A DNA stretch of 64,000 bases from a virus, in IMG/VR virus record IMGVR_UViG_3300025598_002259, positions 5,876 through 69,875 of that record. One strand, written 5' to 3'. Made by a program: the position numbers and the translations under genes. Under the pieces are notes generated by a model. The model ran no database searches, was not told the DNA's origin, and saw only the letters and a program-made list of their open reading frames with translations. Of this stretch, positions 10,778 through 20,572 are shown in pieces (the stretch's first letter is position 1; the number at the start of each line of letters is the position of its first letter).

Positions 10778-10972
10778 ATGAAGCATAAAGTTAAAACTCA
10801 TAATTGGATTGCTGGTACTTTACGTGCTAGAGAGTATCTTTTTGAAAGTTTTGAAGAAGCTATAAGATTTTTAAATGGCAGAAACAATCATTCAGCAAAA
10901 ATATTTAATGAAGAAGGACAGGTAGTACATGAAGTATTTTATCGTCCAGAACCTGATAATACTTACGCTTAA
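10778..10972 (+). CDS. hypothetical protein
   Basis: AAGGAG RBS before ATG 10778. Confidence 0.6.
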   Translation: MKHKVKTHNWIAGTLRAREYLFESFEEAIRFLNGRNNHSAKIFNEEGQVVHEVFYRPEPDNTYA

Positions 10973-11296
10973 ATGAGTGATATAGTCGATTTAATTAATA
11001 AGTATGGATTCCCTATAGTAGCTGCAGGCGGAATGGGGTATCTAATCTATTATGTTTGGGAATGGGCAACTAAAGAGATTAAACCGGTATTAAGTGAATC
11101 AAATACGGTTCTTATTGCCTTAATAGATCGAATACGTATGCTTGATAATGATTTAATTAGATTAAACCAAAAAGTAACTACAGTGTTACATTTACGTGGA
11201 AAAACTATTGAGAGAGAACGTGTCGAAGCAGAGCAAACAATAAATAAAATTAAGAAAACAGAGGACGATAATACTGCATCTGCAGGAGAATCATAA
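10973..11296 (+). CDS. small membrane protein with coiled coil (GFPI motif)
   Basis: YGFPIVAAGG TM helix; LIDRIRMLDNDLIR similar to LDNRVKTMNHDVIR of 9369..9650. Confidence 0.6.
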   Translation: MSDIVDLINKYGFPIVAAGGMGYLIYYVWEWATKEIKPVLSESNTVLIALIDRIRMLDNDLIRLNQKVTTVLHLRGKTIERERVEAEQTINKIKKTEDDNTASAGES

Positions 11297-11307
11297 GGTA
11301 ATAAACT

Positions 11308-11634
11308 ATGGCAACATTTACATGGAACATCGATCGTATGGAATCTTATCCTTTAATCGGGGATAGGCCGAATATTGTTTATACTGTTTATTGGTCGTGT
11401 ACAGGAAATGACACAGATGTTAATGGAAATCCATGTGTAGCTGCTCAAACCGGTTATTGTAATATTCCTTATAATCCTGATACATATGTACCTTATGAAT
11501 CGCTAACACAAGATGTTGTATTATCATGGGTGTGGGCGTACGGTTCTGATAAAACTGTAATTGAAACTATGGTTCAAGATAAATTAAACATTTTAATGAA
11601 CCCAGTGGTGGCGACTCCACTTCCTTGGGCTTAA
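11308..11634 (+). CDS. phage protein of the type usually found near tail-fibre genes
   Basis: MATFTWNI...Y..LT...VL.WV...PLPW pattern. Confidence 0.45.
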   Translation: MATFTWNIDRMESYPLIGDRPNIVYTVYWSCTGNDTDVNGNPCVAAQTGYCNIPYNPDTYVPYESLTQDVVLSWVWAYGSDKTVIETMVQDKLNILMNPVVATPLPWA

Positions 11635-11774
11635 TCTGTTTTACACAGCATATCACTAGCTTTGTGTTTCCAAATATTCGGAAACAATCCGTGTACTAAT
11701 AATACTATTGCAATTGTCCAGGCTCTTGCCCAATGTTGTAAGTAACTCATATGTACTTCTTCTAAATGTGTCAT
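11631..11774 (-). CDS. 47-aa small membrane protein (DUF6356-like)
   Basis: Manual ORF MTHLEEVHMSYLQHWARAWTIAIVLLVHGLFPNIWKHKAS..; ATGA-coupled to the cyclase stop. Confidence 0.55.
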   Translation of the reverse strand: MTHLEEVHMSYLQHWARAWTIAIVLLVHGLFPNIWKHKASDMLCKTD

Positions 11775-13798
11775 TTGCTTGTTGCCCTATATACACCGTC
11801 CCAATCTAACGGAACGTCTCCATGCATGCGTTCTAGCATCATTTCATAATACTTGTGCATTTCGCCGTTCCACCCTTTATCACGTAATTCTTCAGCATAA
11901 AAACGTGCGCCTACCCACATACCTGCTCTGTAAGCATCTAAGAACTTTTCGTGTAACAACCAAGCCATGGCATCGTCAATAGGTGCTACAGTATAAATCT
12001 TAACGGGATCTTTTTTACCCTTAACAGCAATTAAATCTAGTTCAATTAATGGATACGCATCCATTACATATTCTGCTGTTTTCGGCCCGAGAACAATCTT
12101 GACACCATAGGGCTTACTTTGTCCTTCCAAACGACTCGCAAGATTAACGCCGTCCCCAAGACAAGTATAATCAAAACGCTGACTACTCCCCATATTGCCA
12201 ACCACAACAGTATCAGTGTTAATGCCAAGGCCCATTCCAAACTCTGGAACACCTTCTTTAGCGATTTCTGCATTAAAATTCTCCAAATCTTTTAACATAG
12301 CTAATGCAGTTTTTACAGCATGTTTAGCATGGTCAGCATCATCTAACGGTGCGTTCCAGAATGCCATTTGTGCATCACCAATGTACTTATCTAATGTTCC
12401 TTCGTTCTCTATAATTTTTGCAGTCATTGCAGTCATATAGCGATTCATTATTTTAGTAAGTCCTTGTACATCTTTACCATAGTGCTCGCTAATACCCGTG
12501 AATCCTCTTACATCGGTAAACATAATACTAAGTTCACGTGATTCGCCGCCTAGCTTTAATAACTCAGGATTTTTTTGTAGTTTCTCAACCATTGCAGGAC
12601 TCAAGTACGTGCCAAACTGTTTCTTTATTTGTTGCTTCTGCAAATATTCACTGACGAATTTAATTCCATAGGCATGGAGTGACACAAGGATGATTGCAAC
12701 AACAAAAGCACTAATATCAAAAAGCCAAAGATAATGGCTAAAAAGATAATAGCTGCCAACGATTCCTGCACCCAATAAAACAACGATCGAACCCAGTCCT
12801 GCATAAACCCACCTCGTTAATATTAATAATATAATACCTGCTAATAAAATAACACCTATTTCTAATCCATCTGCGTAATCAGGACGCTGTATTGTTACAC
12901 CATTTATCATAGTTCCTAATACTGCTGCTTGCATATCCTGTGGATATACTGCACCTCGTGCTGTTGGTACAGGATTAGCGATACCTGAAGCAGTAGGTCC
13001 TATTATAACAATTGCACCATTAAAATCCTTAGGCAAATCTGTTATAGAAATCTGTTGATTTTGCTGACTCCAATCAACCCATATACGTCCTAAACTATCT
13101 GTAGAGATAGGACCAAATGCAGGTATACGCATTTTCTCTACACCATTTTCATTAAGTTTAACTTGAAATGTAGTATCATTACCGGCCACACGTAATGTTT
13201 CCATAGCTAACGAGGGATATAATTTTCCATTGACTGCAGCAATTAAAGGCACACGACGATTAACACCGTCAATTTCCGGCATGGTGTTTACGCTACCTAT
13301 ACCTATAGCATTTTCTTCTAATGCAGGAATATTAGCAATTAAACCCGGATACTGTACAATACGGTCTAAGTAATTTGAACCCATGACAGCACTTCCGGGT
13401 GCGCGGGGTAAGTTTTTATTTTTTTCTGATGGAATATTGGTTAATACTACAGGATACTTTTTCATCATATCCGATAATGCAGCATCACCGCCCATGCGAT
13501 CGTTTTCAGACATTACAATGTCTAATACAACTAATCCTGCATGACGATTATATAACTCTTGTATAATGTCGGCATATACATTGCGAGGCAAAGGCCATTG
13601 TCCATAATGATCTAGTGCGGCCTCGTCAATATTAACTGTAACAATATTGTTTGATGTAGGTGCTTTGTGAGTAATTAATGTATCAAAATATCTAAGGCGC
13701 ACACTTTCAACAAAGCTAGGATCCGCAATTCTAACTGCTACTACTAAAAAAAGTGTAAGTAGTGCAGTCCATGGACTCAACAGAATTTTTTTAAACAT
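11771..13798 (-). CDS. CHASE2-domain class III adenylate cyclase
   Basis: TM, CHASE2 (GQWPLPR, DGVNRRVP), 3 TM, cyclase domain (FTDVRGFT, LDKYIGDA, FDYTCLGDGVNLASRLE). Confidence 0.93.
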   Translation of the reverse strand: MFKKILLSPWTALLTLFLVVAVRIADPSFVESVRLRYFDTLITHKAPTSNNIVTVNIDEAALDHYGQWPLPRNVYADIIQELYNRHAGLVVLDIVMSENDRMGGDAALSDMMKKYPVVLTNIPSEKNKNLPRAPGSAVMGSNYLDRIVQYPGLIANIPALEENAIGIGSVNTMPEIDGVNRRVPLIAAVNGKLYPSLAMETLRVAGNDTTFQVKLNENGVEKMRIPAFGPISTDSLGRIWVDWSQQNQQISITDLPKDFNGAIVIIGPTASGIANPVPTARGAVYPQDMQAAVLGTMINGVTIQRPDYADGLEIGVILLAGIILLILTRWVYAGLGSIVVLLGAGIVGSYYLFSHYLWLFDISAFVVAIILVSLHAYGIKFVSEYLQKQQIKKQFGTYLSPAMVEKLQKNPELLKLGGESRELSIMFTDVRGFTGISEHYGKDVQGLTKIMNRYMTAMTAKIIENEGTLDKYIGDAQMAFWNAPLDDADHAKHAVKTALAMLKDLENFNAEIAKEGVPEFGMGLGINTDTVVVGNMGSSQRFDYTCLGDGVNLASRLEGQSKPYGVKIVLGPKTAEYVMDAYPLIELDLIAVKGKKDPVKIYTVAPIDDAMAWLLHEKFLDAYRAGMWVGARFYAEELRDKGWNGEMHKYYEMMLERMHGDVPLDWDGVYRATSK

Positions 13799-15106
13799 TT
13801 AAGGTCCTTGCTTAACAGTAACAGTACCGCAAGTGGTTACGCATGTTTGCGTTATACTGTAAACCTGACCTCCTGTTTGGGTTAGATTAACACTCGCAGG
13901 TGCTCCTTGATTATTTAGTACTATGGTAGCAGCGTTATTAGTATTGCCGCTTTGATTGACCACTGCGCTATTACCATTACCAGTTTCTGTTACATTAAGA
14001 TAATGTTGTCCTGTTCCTGTTTGATTAGTAGTAATTGTATTATTATTTCCGGTAATACTAGCAAATATCTGCTTTTGTGTATTGTTACTTTGAACAATAC
14101 CTACAGTATTATAATTGCCATTAATCACAGCTTCTAAGAAATGTCCTACGCTACCTCCATCATTTGTTTGACTAGTAGTAACTGTATTACCTATACCATT
14201 AACGCCCACTAATTGATAATTATTACCGGCACTAATGCCATTGATATCGTAACCTTCTGTTATTGTAACAGTATTGTTTCCGCCTACTACATTAAGGTCT
14301 AACTCATTTTTTCCTAAACTATTAAGATTGCCTTGATTAATATTAATTGTATTATTGCCGTTTTGTATATTAGCAAATTGTTGTCCAATGCCAGTAATTA
14401 GATTATTTGACCCGATTTGCTGTACCGTAATTTTATCATTGTCACCACTTTGCCTTATGTAAATAGCATTACCTGAAATAGTAGTATTATTAAATTTAGT
14501 AACATCAGCCTGTTGCGCTGCAGTTATACTGCTAGAATAAGTTATAACAGTTCTATACAAGTCTCCAGCAGGAATATTGGTAATAGTACTACCAACATTC
14601 CAATATAATTGCATACCGTACCCGCCACTATTATTGTAGTACCAAGCATCGACTGCATACAATTGACCAACTACCATAGTAGTTGATCCGCTAGCATTAG
14701 ATGATCCATTCCAGTTAACTGAACAACTACAACCTTGTTCTTTCCAATTATTAATCACGTAAGTGCCATTCAACGCTAGGCTAAACCCATCATCGCTTTG
14801 ATCATAAAAAGTTACATTAACGCTAGTTCCTGCGGATAAATTAGCAGTAGGCATAATTTCTATATAACCTGTAATATGCACCATAATCATGTTAGTTCTA
14901 CTAGCACCTAACATGCCGCCACTATTAGGAATATAAAAGGTGTTTAACACTCCTGTAGTAGCTACAGGATAAGCGGTAGTTGAACGTGTAGGAGTAGGGC
15001 CTGCAGTTTCGTAGTAGCTAGTGTATGTTAATCCAGATAACCCCCCGACATCAGCAAATACTGTGTTAGATAATAGTAAGAATAAAGTTAAGAAAAACTT
15101 TTTCAT
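13799..15106 (-). CDS. secreted PA14-like domain plus curlin-repeat protein
   Basis: Signal peptide; SDDGF..NG..VINNW..Q and WYYNNSGG PA14 motifs; C-terminal Q-G-x-x-N curlin-like repeats. Confidence 0.75.
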   Translation of the reverse strand: MKKFFLTLFLLLSNTVFADVGGLSGLTYTSYYETAGPTPTRSTTAYPVATTGVLNTFYIPNSGGMLGASRTNMIMVHITGYIEIMPTANLSAGTSVNVTFYDQSDDGFSLALNGTYVINNWKEQGCSCSVNWNGSSNASGSTTMVVGQLYAVDAWYYNNSGGYGMQLYWNVGSTITNIPAGDLYRTVITYSSSITAAQQADVTKFNNTTISGNAIYIRQSGDNDKITVQQIGSNNLITGIGQQFANIQNGNNTININQGNLNSLGKNELDLNVVGGNNTVTITEGYDINGISAGNNYQLVGVNGIGNTVTTSQTNDGGSVGHFLEAVINGNYNTVGIVQSNNTQKQIFASITGNNNTITTNQTGTGQHYLNVTETGNGNSAVVNQSGNTNNAATIVLNNQGAPASVNLTQTGGQVYSITQTCVTTCGTVTVKQGP

Positions 15107-16311
15107 TAATTTTGCCTTGTAGTTATAATTGTGTTGCCGCCTTGATTAATTCTATTTACTACTGTAACTGTTCCTTGTGTTTGTGTAATTACGCTATTTT
15201 GATCTCGAGGAGTAATTGCACATACTGTGTTATTACTACTGTCTGTGCGACATATTTCTACTTGCTGTGTATCAATTGTAGCAACTGCCCCGCTTGTAGC
15301 TGTATAATCAGGTATGATAGTGTTTTTAACAGGAGTGATCGATGAAGAATTATTATTGTTAATAGGAGTAGCATTAATTTGTACACTAACCATATCCAAT
15401 ACAATATTTAATGTTTCGTTATCTAAAAACGTATTAGGCGTTGCAGGCTGCTCTGCTTTAACTGCTACGGGTTTTACTGCTACAGTTGTTGCAGGTTGTT
15501 CAGTAGTGGTCCAGCTATCTGTTGGCTGTGTATTTGATTCAACTTGTGGTTTCTCTGTATCAAGTTTTACTGTGGTTGTTATTAAAGCAGTTGCAAGCCC
15601 ACCTTTTGCTTCTCTTTCTGCACGTTCTTGTGCTATTTTTATCTGTGGTGGTGGACTAAGTATTAGCATATTGCTAATAGCATTTTCGTTTAATTTTAAA
15701 ATAACCGGCTTTAAAGGAAATGTATTTGCAGATAAAACTCTTGTTGCTTGGAATGGTTTATCTAATGTGACTGAACCTGCATCTGTTATTACTTCGATTT
15801 TTCCTGTTTTACATTCTACTTCGTAATCTATAGGATTAGCATTAGGGCAGCTGGGTAATAATATAATTGTACTTTCGCCTAATTCAGCTACTGTAGTAGT
15901 AAAATCAGTTCCTCGTACTGCAATAGTTGCAGTAGGGGTGCGTAAATTTACAGCATTAGGGTTATTATGTGCAATAATTCCAGATGCATACCTAACAGTA
16001 CCTGATGCCATGTTAAGTGCTAATCGATTGGGTTTCTTACCTTTGGGATCGTACACAAAGTCGTCAATAACTAGTTTGGAGTTTTCGCTTACTTGTACTT
16101 TAGTGTCATCTTCGAATACAATACCAACTTTGCCATGTTTAGTATTAACTATATCTGCCATTTCAACACCAGTGCCTGTTATACCTGTTAGTGTTGCTTT
16201 ATCTCTTTGTATTACTGCAGGTGTTTGAGACATCTCAGTAATTTGACCTACTGCGGCTATACAGTTCAAAGAAATTGAAACTAATATAGCCGTCAGTAGA
16301 ATCTTTTTCAT
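15106..16311 (-). CDS. FecR-domain secreted protein
   Basis: Signal peptide; F.DDT.V..ENS.L and TPTATIAVRGTDF FecR motif. Confidence 0.85.
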   Translation of the reverse strand: MKKILLTAILVSISLNCIAAVGQITEMSQTPAVIQRDKATLTGITGTGVEMADIVNTKHGKVGIVFEDDTKVQVSENSKLVIDDFVYDPKGKKPNRLALNMASGTVRYASGIIAHNNPNAVNLRTPTATIAVRGTDFTTTVAELGESTIILLPSCPNANPIDYEVECKTGKIEVITDAGSVTLDKPFQATRVLSANTFPLKPVILKLNENAISNMLILSPPPQIKIAQERAEREAKGGLATALITTTVKLDTEKPQVESNTQPTDSWTTTEQPATTVAVKPVAVKAEQPATPNTFLDNETLNIVLDMVSVQINATPINNNNSSSITPVKNTIIPDYTATSGAVATIDTQQVEICRTDSSNNTVCAITPRDQNSVITQTQGTVTVVNRINQGGNTIITTRQN

Positions 16312-16312
16312 A

Positions 16313-17233
16313 TTAACGGTGTGTTTGTGTTATATTGAATGTATTACTATTTCCATTGCTCTGAATATTGGCAAGATTATTGCCGCCGAGCGCTGATTGA
16401 GTTATATTAAATACATTACCACTGCCATTACCGCCGAGTGTTAATGTGTTATCATAAACACCACTTTGAGCAATAACCATAGTATTGGCAGATCCGTTAA
16501 ATGCTCCGACTGCGGTAATTCCTGAGGAATTATAACCACCGACTGTAACATTATCGCCTAAAGCTCCGCCACTTTGACTAATAGTAATACCATCAGTTGC
16601 ACCGTTAGTCGATACATTAACTGTACCATTAACAGTTTGAGATGTTACACTACCTTGACTTAAACTAAAGCTATTGTTAGCTCCACCGACCATGCTAACT
16701 GTATCGACGTTGTTTGTGCCGTTAATAACAGCAGAAACCATATTACCATTACCGCCAGCAGTTACAGCAGTAAATGAGTTACCGCTACCTAGCATATTGA
16801 TATTAGTATATGAAGAATCGCCTGTTTGATTAACAGAAATAACGTTATTGGCGCTAACGCCTAACCCATCGTTGTTACTATTGATAGTAGCATTAGCATT
16901 ATTACCAGTTACACTATAGTTAAAGCTATTTCCGGATACTGCGGCTTTAGTAGATGAACTAGTCTGTACACCAAAGCTTAATGTATCGCCGGTACCAACT
17001 TGATTGATGTTAACAATATTGCTGTTACCTTTAACAATTGCTGCATTTTGTAATGTACCCGAGCCTGTGCTTGGAATACCTTGTACAATGTTGCCGGCAC
17101 CATCCTGAGTAACAGTTACACTAGTATTGTTACCAGATTGATTAATGTAAATTGTGTTATCTCCTGCATATGCTGTTGTAACAAATAATGTTGCAGCAAC
17201 AACACTTGCAAGAATTGAATTAAACTTTTTCAT
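16313..17233 (-). CDS. curlin-like (CsgA/CsgB-like) repeat protein
   Basis: Signal peptide, then ~22-aa N/G/S/Q-rich repeats (NQSGNN, TQDGAGN, NQVGTGD). Confidence 0.75.
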   Translation of the reverse strand: MKKFNSILASVVAATLFVTTAYAGDNTIYINQSGNNTSVTVTQDGAGNIVQGIPSTGSGTLQNAAIVKGNSNIVNINQVGTGDTLSFGVQTSSSTKAAVSGNSFNYSVTGNNANATINSNNDGLGVSANNVISVNQTGDSSYTNINMLGSGNSFTAVTAGGNGNMVSAVINGTNNVDTVSMVGGANNSFSLSQGSVTSQTVNGTVNVSTNGATDGITISQSGGALGDNVTVGGYNSSGITAVGAFNGSANTMVIAQSGVYDNTLTLGGNGSGNVFNITQSALGGNNLANIQSNGNSNTFNITQTHR

Positions 17234-17242
17234 ATCTGCTCC

Positions 17243-18163
17243 TTAAAAGTTTTTTATTTCACCAGTTTTGACTGCAACATCCGCAGGTACCTTAGGTGAA
17301 TTATTCATTCCTACAGGTATTGTTGGCGTTCCTCCCAACGGTGCAGATTGTGGTATTTGGGACTGTGCAGTCGTTTTATAATCCCAAATAGATTTACGCT
17401 CGCCTTCTTTAATTAACTCTATTACTGCTGCCTCTATTGTGGTCTTTACTGCAATAGTAGGTGCTTCGTTCATTGTTATTCCTCCTTCTAATTCGAAAGG
17501 TGCTGTTCCATCGTGCTTCATTTTTAATACTGCAAAACTATCAGCAGTGCTTAACACTATCTTAGTTACATTAACAGATGCTAGTACCTTTCCGGTGTTT
17601 ACCGATACTGCCCTTAAACTTATAGTTACGATGTCTTTGCTATACTGTGTTTGTTTACCAGTACCTAACCAATTGTTAGCATAACCGCCAGATTCTAAGC
17701 TACTGTCGTAACCCATAATGCCTCCTTCCAATATAATTCCGGCGAAGGTTAACGGCATAAGTTTTTCTGCGTCTTTGCCTTCGTATGCATCACGCATCTG
17801 TTTGATAATTAATCTTTCTTTAGTTAAATCATCAATATTACTTCTTTCAACAACATCAAACCATTCACCGTGCCCGACTTCTTGTAGTGCACGTATTAAA
17901 AACGCATCTGCACCTTGTGTCACTGCTGTAGAAAAGCTAGCCACACCTGGTACTGTTTTACGTTGTCCAGTCTTGTCTTGAAAGTTATATATTGCTACAG
18001 TAATTTTACCGTTCTTAGGAGGAGGTACACGATCAAACTCTCTTTGCATAGTATCTGCCATAGGAGTAGGATCATATTTTATTTTCGACAGTTGGTCGAA
18101 CCGTTGCATAGTCGCACATCCTGCTAGCACTAATGTGCTAACAAGTAAAATCAATAAACGCAT
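17243..18163 (-). CDS. csgG: curli secretion channel CsgG
   Basis: Lipobox LAGC; F.DKTGQRK, STAVTQGA, WF.VVER..L.KER.II motifs. Confidence 0.92.
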   Translation of the reverse strand: MRLLILLVSTLVLAGCATMQRFDQLSKIKYDPTPMADTMQREFDRVPPPKNGKITVAIYNFQDKTGQRKTVPGVASFSTAVTQGADAFLIRALQEVGHGEWFDVVERSNIDDLTKERLIIKQMRDAYEGKDAEKLMPLTFAGIILEGGIMGYDSSLESGGYANNWLGTGKQTQYSKDIVTISLRAVSVNTGKVLASVNVTKIVLSTADSFAVLKMKHDGTAPFELEGGITMNEAPTIAVKTTIEAAVIELIKEGERKSIWDYKTTAQSQIPQSAPLGGTPTIPVGMNNSPKVPADVAVKTGEIKNF

Positions 18164-18165
18164 TG

Positions 18166-18621
18166 TTAGCCTCCTGTTCCTGTTATATTAAACGAGCCTA
18201 GAGGAACTGTGATTGTAGTTACATTACCTAGCGAATCTGTTACTTGCAATGTAATGTTAGAACCGTTATTTTGCCAGAAGATTGTATTCCCTTCGAAATT
18301 AATATTACCGCTAGTTTTATCTCCACCGGCAAACATAGCAGTGGCAAGATTCTGTCCTATCTGCGCATAAATTCTTGATTCAAGATTTGTAAGGAATTGA
18401 TTAATTGGAGTATTAGCCGCGGCATTTTTAGCAGCTTGCGCTGCTGCTTCTAATGCTTGTTGTATTTGTTGTGCACGAGTATAGGCTTCATTTTCTAATG
18501 TTACTTGATATGAACCGTAACCTTGCCCATTAAATGAAGGACTTTTGAAAGAAAAATCAGGTAGGGCTGCTGATGATGCGGTAGCATAAAATGCTAATAA
18601 AATAAGTGATTTACATCTCAT
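18166..18621 (-). CDS. csgF: curli assembly protein CsgF
   Basis: Signal peptide then F.FKSPSFNG; F..NLESRIYAQ; directly upstream of csgG. Confidence 0.8.
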   Translation of the reverse strand: MRCKSLILLAFYATASSAALPDFSFKSPSFNGQGYGSYQVTLENEAYTRAQQIQQALEAAAQAAKNAAANTPINQFLTNLESRIYAQIGQNLATAMFAGGDKTSGNINFEGNTIFWQNNGSNITLQVTDSLGNVTTITVPLGSFNITGTGG

Positions 18622-18693
18622 CGGTTACTCCTATATGCGAATATTTACAGAGAGGTCGATGAGAGTTAAACTAGTAGATATTACGTTAAATAC

Positions 18694-19368
18694 TTACTTA
18701 ACTTCAGGAAACATGACATTTTGGACAAAATAGTTTGCTTCGTCAGGCGTAAGTCCAAGATGTTGCATAGTACGAGCATTGTGAGGATTTAATTTCTGTT
18801 GCTGGCAATAAAAATTTTGTTCTTTAGAAAAATCTCCAGTAGGAAATGTAGTCGATCCTACATTATTAATATAGTAATTTAAATTTTCTAATGACATACT
18901 GATCAATTGATCAATTTCTTCTTCGGTATTAATTGCACCAGCAGCAATAATTGCAGGACTAAAGATCGATTGTGCCCATTCTGGTAATTCTCTAGGACGT
19001 CTCCAAGTTAATTTTTCTACTTGTTTTTCAAACCAAAGCATCATGGAATGATTGGGATCTACTGTTTTTGAAAAATCGTGAAAAGCTCCACTGATCTTTG
19101 TTTCGCCTGCAATGATATCTAGCCCGAATATCGGGCTAGTATCTTGTAAGTAAGGAAATATACAACAATGGAATAGATAGAGTCCTCTGGACTCTCTGGC
19201 GTCAACTATATTAACGTGGGCTCTTCTAAAATTGTTATTACGAAATACATAATCTCGCCAAATTAATGTAGGATGTTCTTCTTTGCTAACATCCGAATCT
19301 TTTTCTAATCTAGAAATAAATTTATTAGAAAAATCTATAACTTTATTAAAGCACAATCCAGGGATCAT
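18694..19368 (-). CDS. pcyX: ferredoxin-dependent bilin reductase (PcyX/PcyA-like)
   Basis: FRRAH, H..IFP....PIFG.D, GAFHDFS, RELPEWA..IFS, Q..NPH; overlaps heme oxygenase gene. Confidence 0.8.
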   Translation of the reverse strand: MIPGLCFNKVIDFSNKFISRLEKDSDVSKEEHPTLIWRDYVFRNNNFRRAHVNIVDARESRGLYLFHCCIFPYLQDTSPIFGLDIIAGETKISGAFHDFSKTVDPNHSMMLWFEKQVEKLTWRRPRELPEWAQSIFSPAIIAAGAINTEEEIDQLISMSLENLNYYINNVGSTTFPTGDFSKEQNFYCQQQKLNPHNARTMQHLGLTPDEANYFVQNVMFPEVK

Positions 19369-19885
19369 AATCTTCCATCATTTTTATTGCCCAATGAAAT
19401 GCCGTATTAGCTTCTTTAGCTAACCTGTCATCGAGTAGTTTTCTAATATTAGAAATTGTAGTTATAGGATCTGCAAATTCTAAATTGCGGTGACTTCCTG
19501 GCAAAATCTTTTTAATCATCTGACCGCCATGTAAATCTCCCATATGCCATGTATACAAATGTGCAATAACTCTATCTCGATCAGGGTAAAGGCTCATAAT
19601 ATATTGATAATAGTCTAATGTAACTTTACGATAAGTAGGAGTAACATGCTCAGCTACCATTTCTTTATAATCTTCTAGCAATAAGAAAGTTCTCTTAATA
19701 CCCGGAATCTCATCAAGTATACCAAGTTCATCTGCACAACTTTCGATTGCATTATAAAATAAACTTTTTTGATATGTCCAATCAGCCCAAACATTTAAGG
19801 GCATCTTACCTTTAAACACTGCTTTCATAAATTTTGTTTTTTCAGCAGCGGTATGACTATCTTTGGTTAAATCTTTTAAACTCAT
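19346..19885 (-). CDS. hemO: heme oxygenase
   Basis: LKDLTKDSHTAAE (proximal His), AHLYTWHMGDLHGGQMI. Confidence 0.9.
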   Translation of the reverse strand: MSLKDLTKDSHTAAEKTKFMKAVFKGKMPLNVWADWTYQKSLFYNAIESCADELGILDEIPGIKRTFLLLEDYKEMVAEHVTPTYRKVTLDYYQYIMSLYPDRDRVIAHLYTWHMGDLHGGQMIKKILPGSHRNLEFADPITTISNIRKLLDDRLAKEANTAFHWAIKMMEDYDPWIVL

Positions 19886-19904
19886 TTTATTTTTACTTTA
19901 TTGT

Positions 19905-20570
19905 TTATGGAGGAAAAAACGAATGAGGACACGATCCTCTACGACCCGGCGGGAATAAATGATTCATATCTACAGGAACCATATGATCCACTAAATTGTA
20001 TAATTTTAAATTAGCAAAACACATTTGTTCGCTATTGAATAATACTCCGTTATTGTATAGAAAATCAAAATTTACGTAGATAGAAGAATATCTATCCATA
20101 ATGTATGAGGTTCCATATGCAAAATAATCACAGATAATGCCGTCTTCTCCCATACGTTCCGATGGAAGATATATTTTATCTTTTTCCATATTATTTAAAT
20201 CCGGAACAAAATTAATTGCAGAATCAAATCGGTTCCTAATAACTACATCATATGTAAAATTATTCTGAATTTCGTATTCTTTTTTTAACTGAAATGACTT
20301 GAACAAAGAGTAAAATTGAAAAAATGTTGTTTTTCTAAAATGTTCAGAAGCCGAATAGGGATATCTATTAAGAGGATAGTTTTCATTAACTAACGATTCG
20401 GATTTATATAATTTTGGTTTATATAAAGAGACTGCATCATCTAAATTTGGATCATCCCATGTATGGAAAAAGATATCAGTATCAAACTTGCTTAGAACAT
20501 TCCTTTCAATATACTCATATATATCTTTATAAGTCCTTAATTGACCGTTAAAACAAAGTGCTACTTTCAT
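19905..20570 (-). CDS. putative glycosyltransferase
   Basis: MKVALCFNGQLR, FFHTW, YDVVIRNRFD, D.FAYG motifs seen in capsule-locus proteins. Confidence 0.6.
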   Translation of the reverse strand: MKVALCFNGQLRTYKDIYEYIERNVLSKFDTDIFFHTWDDPNLDDAVSLYKPKLYKSESLVNENYPLNRYPYSASEHFRKTTFFQFYSLFKSFQLKKEYEIQNNFTYDVVIRNRFDSAINFVPDLNNMEKDKIYLPSERMGEDGIICDYFAYGTSYIMDRYSSIYVNFDFLYNNGVLFNSEQMCFANLKLYNLVDHMVPVDMNHLFPPGRRGSCPHSFFPP

Positions 20571-20572
20571 AA

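Noticed and set aside
13799-17233. N/G/Q-rich repeats as DNA tandem repeats
   Set aside because: Repeats are degenerate at the DNA level and explained by curlin-like protein periodicity
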